Shown: positions 20,301-29,077 of the stretch, piece by piece
Layout: the number at the start of each line of letters is the position of its first letter
Numbering within the stretch: position 1 is the first letter of the stretch
Source: Gemmatimonadota bacterium
GTDB lineage: Bacteria; Gemmatimonadota; Gemmatimonadetes; Gemmatimonadales; GWC2-71-9
Direction of reading: 5' to 3'
DNA length: 48,207 nt
Assembly: GCA_039588295.1 (NCBI GenBank)
Contig: JBDHAB010000034.1
Location: forward strand, 1 to 48,207
The notes under the pieces: model-generated
Database searches by the model: none
What the model saw: the letters and a program-made list of their open reading frames with translations, nothing else
What the model was told of the DNA's origin: nothing
Made by a program: the position numbers and the translations under genes

Positions 20301-21840
20301 AGGACAGCAGGTCGGACTCCATGAACACGGTGCAACGCTCGGTCAGGCTGATAGGGCTTTCGGAGGAGAGCGCAATCTCCTGGAACTCCCTCACGATGTT
20401 GACCCCCAGCTTGTTGGCCAGCTCGTGCAGGAAGCTCCCGGTGCCCGCGGCACACACCTTATTCATGTCGAAGTCAAGGGGGTTGCCGCGCTCGATCCAG
20501 ATGTACTTGGAGTCCTGGCCGCCGATTTCGAAGACCGTATCTACGCCCGGATCCCGGTGCACCGCAGCGCGGGCATGCGCGGTGATCTCATCAATGACCA
20601 GATCGGCGTCGACAAAGTCACCCACCACGTACCGCCCGGAGCCGGTGGTGGCCGTACCCAATAGCTCCAGCCCGTCCCGAAACTCCTCGTGTACCCCAGC
20701 GAGGAGGCCTTTCGTCACCTCGATCGGCCTTCCCTGCGTCTGAACGTACTGCTTGTGCACGATGGCGCCGTTCGCATCGATCAATACGGTCTTCGTCGTG
20801 GTGGACCCGACATCAATCCCCAGATAGGCCTGAAGCACGGAAGCCTGCGGCCGCAGCTGCGTGGGGATCACGGCATCATCAGTGAAGGTGGTCTTACGGA
20901 GTCGCAGAGCCGCGGCTCGTCGAAACTCACTGACCGCCTCTGGCGCGAGCGTCTCCAGGTCGGACACGAGCAGCCTCTGTCGCTCCTCCAGCTGGCGGGC
21001 GAACAGCGCTGCGCCCAACGCACCGACCGAGGTGTGATGAGGAGGTACGAGTAGCTCCGGGTAGTACCGCCGAAAGGCCTCAATCTGGAGCTCGTTGCTG
21101 GCGACGCCGCCGACGAATACCACGGGCCCCGCCACCTCGCGACTGGCGGCCAAGGTGCTGAGGCAGTTGGCAGCATTGCCCTGATGGAGGCCCGCAACGA
21201 TGTTTGCCAGCGGCTCGCCCTTGTTCTGCAAGTGAATCATGTCCGACTTGGTGAACACCGTGCAGCGGCAGGCAACAGGCGCGGGGCTGCCGCTCTGCTG
21301 CCCCAGCGCTATGAAATCGCTGAGAATCTGCGACACGCGCTCCTGCGAAAACGAGACGTGCTCGTCATAGATGGATGACGCGAGCCGTTCGGCTTGCTGA
21401 TCGATGAACGAGCCGGTACCCGCGGCGCATGGGCCGTTCATGGCAAAGGACTTCAGATGCCAGTGCCCATCCTCATGGCAGAGTCGGTAGAGTGCGGCGT
21501 CCTGACCGCCCATGGTGATGATCGCACCGGCATGTGGCACCAGGTGGACTGCGCCGAGCAACTGCGTGATGGAGTCGTACTCGTAGGGGACGCCAAGTCG
21601 TGCAGCGCTGATCTTCCCATGGTTGCCGGTGAACGCGAGCTTCTCGATCCGGTCGGAGCCAAACCGCTCCAAGACCGTTCGCAGGACCGCGATGGTGTGA
21701 GGTACAATCCTACCGAAATGCCGCTGGTAGGGGTGTTCGTAGACCAGCTCGCTGCGCGCGTCCAGGAGCACACAGTTGATGCTCACCGATCCGACGTCGA
21801 TCCCAACCGTGTACACGCGGCCGCCTCCGTCTGGGGCCAA
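17377..21840 (-). CDS. Acyl-CoA dehydratase activase-like multidomain protein (two BcrAD/BadFG ASKHA ATPase domains + DUF2229 + dehydratase-like C-terminus)
   Basis: Two sets of GIDVGS, GGQD and CAAGTGSF motifs, RCTVF twice, then CYPIK, FSCGADSF, ECFPC, GPCRFGMY and PFTCMP. GGAGG lies upstream of the TTG start. Confidence 0.92.
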   Translation of the reverse strand: MAPDGGGRVYTVGIDVGSVSINCVLLDARSELVYEHPYQRHFGRIVPHTIAVLRTVLERFGSDRIEKLAFTGNHGKISAARLGVPYEYDSITQLLGAVHLVPHAGAIITMGGQDAALYRLCHEDGHWHLKSFAMNGPCAAGTGSFIDQQAERLASSIYDEHVSFSQERVSQILSDFIALGQQSGSPAPVACRCTVFTKSDMIHLQNKGEPLANIVAGLHQGNAANCLSTLAASREVAGPVVFVGGVASNELQIEAFRRYYPELLVPPHHTSVGALGAALFARQLEERQRLLVSDLETLAPEAVSEFRRAAALRLRKTTFTDDAVIPTQLRPQASVLQAYLGIDVGSTTTKTVLIDANGAIVHKQYVQTQGRPIEVTKGLLAGVHEEFRDGLELLGTATTGSGRYVVGDFVDADLVIDEITAHARAAVHRDPGVDTVFEIGGQDSKYIWIERGNPLDFDMNKVCAAGTGSFLHELANKLGVNIVREFQEIALSSESPISLTERCTVFMESDLLSYAQQGARLDDLLAGLCYAIVHNYLNRVVQKRRIGKRVMFLGGPSLNMGVVAAFENVLGQEILVPGHREVLGAHGAALSLMESRVTGERRPSPHPPLASLAQATVSVTEKVCRADKDCHNACKLKVYDFGGRKSVWGGECGRYEMRRARGKAKVNWFKKRETLFTEYLKGHCVDAAELGVLGDASRDAWDRGNGGPTIGIPRGLHILQFGVLWTRFWDNLGFTPVLSPKTTQQVAMAGVESTIAEACYPIKVFHGHVEVLRRLTRWLFLPTVITMPTPRREETGFYCPLVQGSQYMARAAIDIPRDALLSPTVCLNASVDQVAGDLHRTLGRQLGLSRRQVEHSFRDALEVQRAFECELLQQGREFLDSLGPDQFWIAVSGRPYNLYDERLNLHLGERLAKLGIEAIPQDFLDTAGVDLSDFPNMYWGLGAQILRTAKLIKEHPGAYGVHLTNFSCGADSFVEHFYRHVMKPKPYLILEFDEHTAVAGVVTRLEAFANVIRNEQRAGLQQCEGRTVVAVPERRVAGQFDSLRDKVGKFSLADKTLLIPEMSRAGSRLIAAAFRGFGVDAQVMQSYKGLSLGKEFTSGKECFPCQITLGDVLHHLKGDKARLGDSFNSGNYLYCMAETGGPCRFGMYGKLHRIILDSLEDFGETRIASLTSEDGYAVGGLMRPELRARFRRVGYLATVVGDVLDRMLWCVRPYERDRGQADAYFDQALTSMEGIFERHARTNGSRQVMNALEEIAAQGRDLIDPTIGPKPLIGIVGEIYLRSHVPSNQDLIRLLESHGAEVVNSSVAEWLDYVSHRLMHNAARGIAGAIHLRDPGLCGRELRAWLLHGTRLTYQYLRSQQAYRKVRRRLAIHRDHRIGRIEKQLDSDRIFSFRVGTEAALSIGGALEYAAAGFDGVVNVFPFTCMPSIMCSAILKPILDRLQIPYMDSVYDGTFQPNREAIVRTFMYQAAQHQKRRLAGEQTRVTG

Positions 21841-21961
21841 TCCGCTATCCGTTACCTCCGCAGGAGAGAGGAGGACAGGCTGGCCACCTACAAGAACCTA
21901 CCGATGAGCAGTGAGTGCGGAAGACCAGTGGCGGGACGTGCGGACGATCGACCCACCACGG

Positions 21962-22124
21962 ACCGTCACCGTCATTGTAACAATGCGCACTGACGCTCAC
22001 AGACGCCAATCGACGCCAAACACCCCAAACGCACCCGACAGACCGACGCCCACTGACAGTCACGGGCATCACCATCTTCCTCCGGAGCCAAAGGTCGCGC
22101 GTGGCTCGCTCCCGCACCCTACCC
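21962..22124 (+). repeat. att-like repeat copy B (longest)
   Basis: Arm ACCGTCACCGTCATTGTAACAATGCGCACTGACGC, several GACGCC-type units, then the core TTCCTCCGGAGCCAAAGGTCGCGCGTGGC at 22077-22105. Confidence 0.9.
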
Positions 22125-22236
22125 CACCACTCGCGAGCGCTGCGCACCAACCGCGCCAGGCGCACGGCAAGTGAGGACTTCACAGCGGCGGACGGACGAG
22201 GTTCCTACAGTGCAAGTAGCGGCGCAGGAGGCTCCG

Positions 22237-23322
22237 TCAGGAGTTCGGATCCGGCCGGCATTTGCGCATGATGTCCCGCTCGACCCGGTCCGGATCGTTG
22301 ATGACCTCGTAGAACTCGTCGAGCATCTCCACACTGTTCTGCAAGCGGTCCGGATCCAGGTCGGCCTGGGAGCGGAACAGGTCGAAGATCACCTCCCGCC
22401 GCTCGTTGAAGAGCGGAAACACCGCTTCGATCTCCTCGCGAGGGCGGCAGATGCCCCAGTAACGCCGCTCCTGGACGCTGCGGACCCGGAGCTTGCGATG
22501 GGGCCGCGCATAGGGGGGCGCGACGATGCCGGCCCAGTCGAAATCGTACGGTACGGGTACCACCACGAACTGGGCGAGCGAGCCGATGGGCAGGGTGTTG
22601 TGGCAGCAATAATCGCCCGGCTCCGGAGCAAAGGGGTCAAAGTCGCCGTTGGCCATCATGAACTGGAAGACTTCGAACAGTACCAGCGGTCCCTGCTGCA
22701 TCTGGTCCGGGAGCACGGCCGGTACCTCCAACACGTTCCACCCGTTGCGGGCGGCCATCGCGTCCGCATCTTCGATGAAGAACGCGTACTTCGTGATCGG
22801 GTCCCGTTCACCGTCGGTATCGAGGTAGGTGATATGGGCCAGGCGGACCCGAAAGCTCACCTCGGTGAACAGACGGTACGTGCGGTACACCAGGTACTCC
22901 AGCAGCAGGTATTGCTCGTATTCGTCCCGCCGGTCCTGGCAGTGCGTCACCATCTTGATTCTGTCCTGACCGGCGAAGACGGTGCCTTCCACTTGCGTCT
23001 TGCGGAAGTTCACCCGGAGCGGAGGGAAACCGCAGATACGCTCCTGCAGGCGGAAGGACCCGCGCGTGCGGAGCTTGATGTCGAAGGACGTGACCATGCC
23101 GCCGGGCGCCTGGTAGTGCAGCACCGCGTCGTATGACACGGGGTCCTCCTCACTCCGCTCATCGAGTACGTGATCGAGCGGCGCTTCGATGGTCAGGATC
23201 AGCGGGTCGTGCGACGTGAAGAGCGGCGCAAGCGCGGGAGCGGTGGAATCCCCCGGCTCCTGGGCCACGAGCGGACCGGCGACAAGGCCGGCCAGGCTCC
23301 AGATCAGCACACGATGCGACAT
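22237..23322 (-). CDS. Secreted conserved hypothetical protein, CotH-kinase-like motifs
   Basis: Signal peptide. Motifs KLRTRG, LLEYLVY, FFIED, NGD...HN and PVPYDFD. The CDS is secure but the function is inferred. Confidence 0.75.
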   Translation of the reverse strand: MSHRVLIWSLAGLVAGPLVAQEPGDSTAPALAPLFTSHDPLILTIEAPLDHVLDERSEEDPVSYDAVLHYQAPGGMVTSFDIKLRTRGSFRLQERICGFPPLRVNFRKTQVEGTVFAGQDRIKMVTHCQDRRDEYEQYLLLEYLVYRTYRLFTEVSFRVRLAHITYLDTDGERDPITKYAFFIEDADAMAARNGWNVLEVPAVLPDQMQQGPLVLFEVFQFMMANGDFDPFAPEPGDYCCHNTLPIGSLAQFVVVPVPYDFDWAGIVAPPYARPHRKLRVRSVQERRYWGICRPREEIEAVFPLFNERREVIFDLFRSQADLDPDRLQNSVEMLDEFYEVINDPDRVERDIMRKCRPDPNS

Positions 23323-23613
23323 CTCGGTCCCCCCAGCATCTCCCCCTCAGTCTCCCGCGAGTGGATGGTGCCCGCCCGTGCATTCGCGTCTGTAGCGAGA
23401 ATTACTATCCCACTCACGGCGCTGGCGAGCACGTGAGTGGTTTGCATCAGCACCCTAGACCGCCCCTGTAGGATCTACGGCATCGACGCTCCCGCGGTTT
23501 CGTCGTCGGGCGGGCGTCGTACCGCGGCGGCGGCAGGGAGGCCACCGACACGCGAGCGTGAGCGTGCAACCTTCTAAGGCAAGCGTCGCACTTTGGATTC
23601 GGCGTCTTCGCCA

Positions 23614-23684
23614 ATCGTCACCGACACTGTCACCACGCCCACCGACGCAAAAGCCAAGCATGCTGAAACCGTCGCCCGGTGGCT
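23614..23684 (+). repeat. att-like repeat copy C (arm conserved, core degenerate)
   Basis: ATCGTCACCGACACTGTCACCACGCCCACCGACGC aligns with the arms of B, D and E. It ends GTCGCCCGGTGGC. Confidence 0.7.
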
Positions 23685-23736
23685 ACGTAGAGGTGGAGTC
23701 CTCATCTCTCTCGACGCCGCACCTGGAGTGTGTGCC

Positions 23737-25566
23737 ATGCGATATGGCCGATTGATTGCCGCCACCTCGTTAATCTCCCTGCTCGCCCTCGCGTCCCGAC
23801 CGGGAGTCGCGCAGACGGCGAACGCCGGCTCCACGGCCTCCGTTTCCGAGCTTCGCTACGATGTCACCTTCGATAGCGGGACGGCGGAGAGCCGGCACAT
23901 CCACGTGACGATGTCGTTCCGGATCGCCGGCAGTGAAGCGGTGCTCCTCTCGCTTCCGGCGTGGACCCCAGGGTCGTACGAGCTCGACAACTTTGCCCGC
24001 TTCATCAGGAACTTCGCGGCGAGAAGCGGGGACCGCGCCCTTCGCTGGGACAAGACCGACGGGGATACGTGGCGCGTCCACCTCGAGGGTGAGTCAGCCG
24101 TCGAGGTGAGCTTCGACTACCGGGCCGACACGCAGGACGTCGGCATGGCCTGGACTGCGCCGGACTTCGCCTTTTTCAACGGCACCAATCTGTTCTTCTA
24201 CCCGGAGGAGCACGGCCTCGAGCTTCCCGCGCGCGTCGTCTTTCACACGGACGACGGGTGGCGCATCGCCACTGGCCTGACGGCGGCGGCGGAGCCGGGC
24301 GAGTTCACCGCCTCCGACTATCACGAGCTGGTCGACATGCCGACGCTGATCGGCCGGTTCGATCTCGATAGCCTGCAGATTGAGGGACGGTGGTACCGGC
24401 TCGCCACCTATCCGGTAGGTGCCCTCGCGGGGGAGATGCGGGAGGATCTGTGGGAACAGACCCGACGCATGATGCCGCCGATGTCCGCCGTCTTTGGCGA
24501 GACGCCGTGGGACACGTACACCACGATGGCGGTGTTCGACGACGACTACCCCGGAGCGAGCGCACTTGAGCATCGGAACTCGCACCTCGGCGTCTACGTC
24601 ACACAGGCGATCGGGAGCCCGTTCCTCCCGTCGGTCCTGGCCCATGAGATCTTCCACGCCTGGAACGTGAAGCGGCTGCGGCCGACGGAAATGGTGCCGT
24701 ACGACTACGGCCGGGCACAGCCCACGACCCTCCTGTGGGTCAGCGAGGGAATCACCGACTACTACGCCGACCTCGCCATGGTGCGTGGGGGCAATTGGGG
24801 GCCGGAGCACTTTTACCGGGCCACGGCCGACAAGATGGGGACGGTGGCAAACTCGCGCCCTGTCGCTTTGGAGGATGCGTCGCTCTCCACCTGGATCGCG
24901 CCAGCTGACGGGACGGCGTACCTCTACTACCCCAAAGGCTCGCTCGCCGGGTTCATGCTCGACGTTGTGATTCGCGACGCCTCGGACAACACGCGCTCGC
25001 TGGACGACGTGATGCGCGAGCTGTACGACGGCACGTACAAGGCTGGTGAGGGCTTCAGCGAGGCGCAGTGGTGGGCGGCGGTGCGCCGCGCTGCCGGCGG
25101 GAGGTCGTTCGAGGAATTCCATGCCCGCTTCATCGACGGCCGAGACGCGTATCCGTGGGAAGAGATACTCCCGCTGGCGGGCCTCGAGCATGCCATCGAC
25201 TCGGTGTTCGCTCCGCGCATCGGGGTGTCGCTAACTCAGGACAGCGGCGGAACGCGGGTCACGCAAGTCACGCCGGGGAGCGCGGCGGCGGCGGCGGGAG
25301 TGGCGCCGGACGACTACCTCCTCCGTGTCGGCGAGGTGGACGTCGACAACCCCGACTGGGCTGACGCCTTCCGCGCGCACTATGCCCAGGCTCGCGAGGG
25401 TACTCCGTACGAAATTGTGGTTCGGCGGGGTGCAGAGATGCTGACCCTGCAGACTCACATGCGCTTCGCGCCGCGCGTGTCCCGAGAGTTGCGGGAAGAC
25501 TCGAACGCGTCACCGAAGGCGGTCCGGATCCGTCAGGGGCTGCTCACCGGAGTGGTGGGTCGGTAG
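23737..25566 (+). CDS. M61 glycyl aminopeptidase with C-terminal PDZ domain
   Basis: GGAG before ATG at 23737 and a signal peptide. Motifs LPAWTPGSY, ALEHRNS, HEIFHAWNVKR, LWVSEGITDYY and YYPKG, then a PDZ-like IGVSL...VTPGSAAAAAG. Confidence 0.93.
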   Translation: MRYGRLIAATSLISLLALASRPGVAQTANAGSTASVSELRYDVTFDSGTAESRHIHVTMSFRIAGSEAVLLSLPAWTPGSYELDNFARFIRNFAARSGDRALRWDKTDGDTWRVHLEGESAVEVSFDYRADTQDVGMAWTAPDFAFFNGTNLFFYPEEHGLELPARVVFHTDDGWRIATGLTAAAEPGEFTASDYHELVDMPTLIGRFDLDSLQIEGRWYRLATYPVGALAGEMREDLWEQTRRMMPPMSAVFGETPWDTYTTMAVFDDDYPGASALEHRNSHLGVYVTQAIGSPFLPSVLAHEIFHAWNVKRLRPTEMVPYDYGRAQPTTLLWVSEGITDYYADLAMVRGGNWGPEHFYRATADKMGTVANSRPVALEDASLSTWIAPADGTAYLYYPKGSLAGFMLDVVIRDASDNTRSLDDVMRELYDGTYKAGEGFSEAQWWAAVRRAAGGRSFEEFHARFIDGRDAYPWEEILPLAGLEHAIDSVFAPRIGVSLTQDSGGTRVTQVTPGSAAAAAGVAPDDYLLRVGEVDVDNPDWADAFRAHYAQAREGTPYEIVVRRGAEMLTLQTHMRFAPRVSRELREDSNASPKAVRIRQGLLTGVVGR

Positions 25567-25741
25567 GCCCGTAGCCGCCAGCCCCCGAGCAGACCGCGGC
25601 GCGGCGCGCGTGTTGCCTATCCTCTTCCTCGGTGTGCCGGTGTCACCACCTTTCTCGAGTGGTTCGAAGAACTCTGAGGCCTGGCCCAGCCATGACCACC
25701 CCGACACGCGGAACGACATCCACAACGGACAGGGGGTGAAC

Positions 25742-26959
25742 ATGCGACGGGTGGCTACGATGGCCTTCGTCCTGGCCTCGGCATGCGGCGAGGACGGCAA
25801 CCAGCTGACCGCCTCGGTATTCCGCGATAGCGCGGGCATCCGCATCGTCGAGAACCGGGATGTGGGATGGGAACGGACGGCGGAATGGTCGCTCTCGGCA
25901 GAGGCAGTGCTGCAGATCGGCGCGCTGGACGCTGAGCCGGCGTACCAACTCCACCGCGTCATCGGAGCGGCGACTCTGTCCGACGGCAGAGTCGTAGTCG
26001 CCAACGGCGGATCCCAAGAACTCCGCTGGTACGACGCGGCAGGGCTTCACGAGGGCAGCGCTGGCGGCGCCGGGGAAGGCCCGGGGGAGTTCGCCGGGCT
26101 GATGGCAATCGGCCTTCTCCCAGGGGATTCGATCGTCGCACACGACGTGCGGTTGCGGCGCCTCTCGGTGTTCGACCCAGCCGGCCGGTTCGTGCGCTCC
26201 ACTTCCTTAGTGACCGAAGGGCACGCCGGCATGGCGTTCGCGGCACTCGCCGGAACGCTCACCGACGGCTCCCTCCTCATGGCGGGCCGCGTGTTCCCGA
26301 TGGACGGGGCGGTCGAGGGACCACTCCTGGCTCCGATGCCGCTCTACCGGTACGGGACCGACGGCCAGCTGCGGGACTCAGTCGGCACGTTCCACGGGTG
26401 GGAGGCGACAACGATTGTCCGGCGCACAACGGAGTTCGTCGGGATGGCCATGGCAGACCGGCCATTCGGGCGCAGTACCTCCGTGACGCCGGCCGGGGAG
26501 CGGATCGCTATCGGCACGCCGTTCGCGTTTTCATTCGAGCTGTTCGAGCCGGATGGAACGCTGCGCGCGATGGTCCGACTGGATCGCGCCAACGACCCAG
26601 TGACCGCGAACGACATCGCCGCGTACAAACGCACCCTCCTGGACAACCCACGGGACCCAGCCGGTCAGCAGGCCCTGCAACGCCAGGCGGACGAGTCGGA
26701 GTATCCCGACACCAAGCCAGCGTACGCGGCCGGTCTCAAGGGAGACCGGGCCGGCAACATCTGGGTGCCCGCGCACCAAATCGCACGGGACCTAGCGACC
26801 CGCTGGTCCGTGTTCGATCCCGACGGGCGCTATCTCGGCGACCTTACCAGTCCGGCTCGGTTCCGGGTGTTCGAGATTGGCGACGATTACGTGCTGGGCG
26901 TGTGGCGCGACGATCTCGACGTGGAGTATCTCCGGAAGTACCAGCTTCGCAAGCCATGA
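25742..26959 (+). CDS. 6-bladed beta-propeller (NHL-like) lipoprotein
   Basis: LASAC lipobox, RDSAGIRIVEN, GEGPGEF, DRAGNIWV, WSVFDPDGRYLG and DDLDVEYL. Confidence 0.82.
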   Translation: MRRVATMAFVLASACGEDGNQLTASVFRDSAGIRIVENRDVGWERTAEWSLSAEAVLQIGALDAEPAYQLHRVIGAATLSDGRVVVANGGSQELRWYDAAGLHEGSAGGAGEGPGEFAGLMAIGLLPGDSIVAHDVRLRRLSVFDPAGRFVRSTSLVTEGHAGMAFAALAGTLTDGSLLMAGRVFPMDGAVEGPLLAPMPLYRYGTDGQLRDSVGTFHGWEATTIVRRTTEFVGMAMADRPFGRSTSVTPAGERIAIGTPFAFSFELFEPDGTLRAMVRLDRANDPVTANDIAAYKRTLLDNPRDPAGQQALQRQADESEYPDTKPAYAAGLKGDRAGNIWVPAHQIARDLATRWSVFDPDGRYLGDLTSPARFRVFEIGDDYVLGVWRDDLDVEYLRKYQLRKP

Positions 26960-26970
26960 CCGCCCCAGGC

Positions 26971-27051
26971 ACCGTCACCGGCGTTGTGACAACGCCCGCC
27001 GACGCCCACGGACGTCACCGTGTTCCTCCCGAGCCAAACGTCCGGCGTGGC
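26971..27051 (+). repeat. att-like repeat copy D
   Basis: Arm ACCGTCACCGGCGTTGTGACAACGCCCGCCGACGCCCACGGACGTCACC plus a core at 27023-27051 that is 25/29 identical to B/E. Confidence 0.88.
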
Positions 27052-27151
27052 TAATAGGAAGTCGAACCCCCCCTCGGTGGCTGGCGACGCGGTTCCGGCT
27101 CGCGGGTCCTTGGGACCAGCGAGCACCGTGCGAGCCCCCACCCCTACGGCA

Positions 27152-27949
27152 TCACACGTCCTTCCTCTCGAACCACGCGAACGCCAACGCCATGCAGACC
27201 AGACCTGCGATAGCCAGTACGGCGAAGTGGACCAGGGAGGTTTCCCCTGATACCGCCGATTGAATCGGCCGGAAGTAGCGGAAGGGACTCACCCAGCGAA
27301 GCCAGGCGAGCCACGCCAGCCGCGCTCCGAACACGTCCACGAGGTAGAGAGTCAGTGCTAGCCCTACGATCCGCGCTACTGCCGGGCCGCGCCGCGCCGC
27401 CGTTGCACCGATGAGCAGCGCGATTCCCGCAAACGCGAACAGCAGGAATCCCAGCCCGACCGCACTCATCACGTACCTGGTCCAGGCGGGCTCGCCGGGG
27501 ACACTGACTGTCGCGAGCCCAACCATGCCACCGAGAAGCAACGCGACCGGGAAGACAGCAACGCCGACCAGGGCCAGCGCGAGCACGCCTGCGAGGTAGC
27601 GCCATCGCGGAATTGGCCGCGCGAGGAACAGCTCCAAGAGACCGCCCTCCCGCTCAGCGGCGGGAATCGTACCTGCGGCCACGACAAACGCCAGACCGGC
27701 GCCGATCATGGCGGGATGCTGAAACCCGAAAGCAATGGCCGCGCTGAGGGACGCCAGCGCGAGCTGCTCGCCGAACATGGTCTGCACGGCTCGCGGCATT
27801 ATGCGCACCAGGTCGCCGAATCCGGAACCCGTATCCACCGCAGCCGCAACCTGCACGAACAGCAACTCGGCCGCAGCAGCAGCAGCACACAACGCCGCAA
27901 ACAGTCGCCGGTGGTGGCGCAGGTTGCGAGCGAAGGCCCCACCCATCAT
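27152..27949 (-). CDS. ABC-2 type transporter permease
   Basis: Six TM helices, AEREGGLLELFLARPIPRWRY, SPFRY and FERKDV. ATGA overlap with the ATPase gene. Confidence 0.9.
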   Translation of the reverse strand: MMGGAFARNLRHHRRLFAALCAAAAAAELLFVQVAAAVDTGSGFGDLVRIMPRAVQTMFGEQLALASLSAAIAFGFQHPAMIGAGLAFVVAAGTIPAAEREGGLLELFLARPIPRWRYLAGVLALALVGVAVFPVALLLGGMVGLATVSVPGEPAWTRYVMSAVGLGFLLFAFAGIALLIGATAARRGPAVARIVGLALTLYLVDVFGARLAWLAWLRWVSPFRYFRPIQSAVSGETSLVHFAVLAIAGLVCMALAFAWFERKDV

Positions 27950-28875
27950 GCCGACGGCTCCCCGTTCCGGCGATAGTAGCGCACGAAGGCCTCCTCGAGA
28001 TCAGGCTCGGGGAACACCATATGCTCAACCGAGTGCCGCGCGAGCACGCCGAGCAGGGGATCCAGCTCGCCCGAAACGGTGAGCTCTACCAGCGCCCCGT
28101 CTGTCCGGAGGGTGCGCACTCCCGGTAGCTTCAGCTCGGAAACCGGCGCGGCTCCGGCGAACCGCACCACCATCTTCCGCGCAACCGTGCGGCGCAGCTC
28201 CTCCACCCGCTCGACGGCCACCAAGCGGCCCTCACGCAGAATCCCCACGCGGGTGCACGTGCGATCGACCTCCGTCAACACATGAGAGGAATGGAATACT
28301 GTCCGACCGGACCGGCGCGCCTCGGCCAACAGCTCGAAGACCACCTCGCGCACCAGTGGATCGAGACTGCTGGTCGGCTCGTCGAGAATCAGCAGGTCGG
28401 GATCGTGCTGGAATGCCGCGACCAGTCCGAGTTTCTGCTTGGTGCCGCGCGAATACTCGCGGATCGGCCGACCCAGATCGCGCACCGCCAGACCCACACG
28501 CTCGCACAACTCGGCGCGCCGGCGTGGATCCGTGGCTGGAGCGGCGCGTGACCTCAGCCCATCGAGGAACACCAGCATCCGGGCTCCAGTAAGCCGCTCG
28601 TCCAACGCGAGGTCGCCAGGCAGGTAACCCGTCGCGCACCTCGTCTCCGGGTCTCCTGGCGAACGGCCGAAGATCCATGCCTCTCCGCGCGTCGGCCGGA
28701 TCAGGTCGAGCAGCAGCCGGATGGTGGTGGTCTTGCCGGCACCGTTGGGACCGAGGAAGCCAAACACCTCGCCGCGCTCGACGGAGAACTCGAGCGCGTC
28801 GACGCCGACTGTGCCACCATAGTGCTTGGTGAGATCGCGAACGGCGATGACGGGCGCCACCGGATCACGCGTCAA
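27946..28875 (-). CDS. ABC transporter ATP-binding protein
   Basis: Walker A GPNGAGKTT, signature YSRGTKQK, Walker B LILDEP and H-loop SSH. Confidence 0.95.
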   Translation of the reverse strand: MTRDPVAPVIAVRDLTKHYGGTVGVDALEFSVERGEVFGFLGPNGAGKTTTIRLLLDLIRPTRGEAWIFGRSPGDPETRCATGYLPGDLALDERLTGARMLVFLDGLRSRAAPATDPRRRAELCERVGLAVRDLGRPIREYSRGTKQKLGLVAAFQHDPDLLILDEPTSSLDPLVREVVFELLAEARRSGRTVFHSSHVLTEVDRTCTRVGILREGRLVAVERVEELRRTVARKMVVRFAGAAPVSELKLPGVRTLRTDGALVELTVSGELDPLLGVLARHSVEHMVFPEPDLEEAFVRYYRRNGEPSA

Positions 28876-29077
28876 GCACGCTTCCCTTGGTGAACCCGGT
28901 GCGCCTAAGAGTCGTGGGCCGCAGTAGTTCCCCTACCACCGAATCCCCGCCTTCATGACAACGTCTTTCAGCCCCCGGGTCGACGAGGGCGTCCTTGAGG
29001 CAACGGCCTCGGTTCACTCACCGCATAAGATGGGGCCCGGATCGGTGGTGGGCCAGCAGCTTCAGCGGCGGCGAGGA

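Noticed and set aside
27048..27075. Minus-strand GGGGGTTCGACTTCCT...GCCA resembling a tRNA T-arm next to copy D
   Set aside because: The acceptor strand is too short and no cloverleaf can be built. It is not supportable as a tRNA feature.
28903..28930. CTAAGAGTCGTGGGCCGCAG resembling part of a tRNA-Arg 3' half
   Set aside because: The match is short, has an indel and lacks a T-loop. It is plausible by chance in GC-rich DNA.
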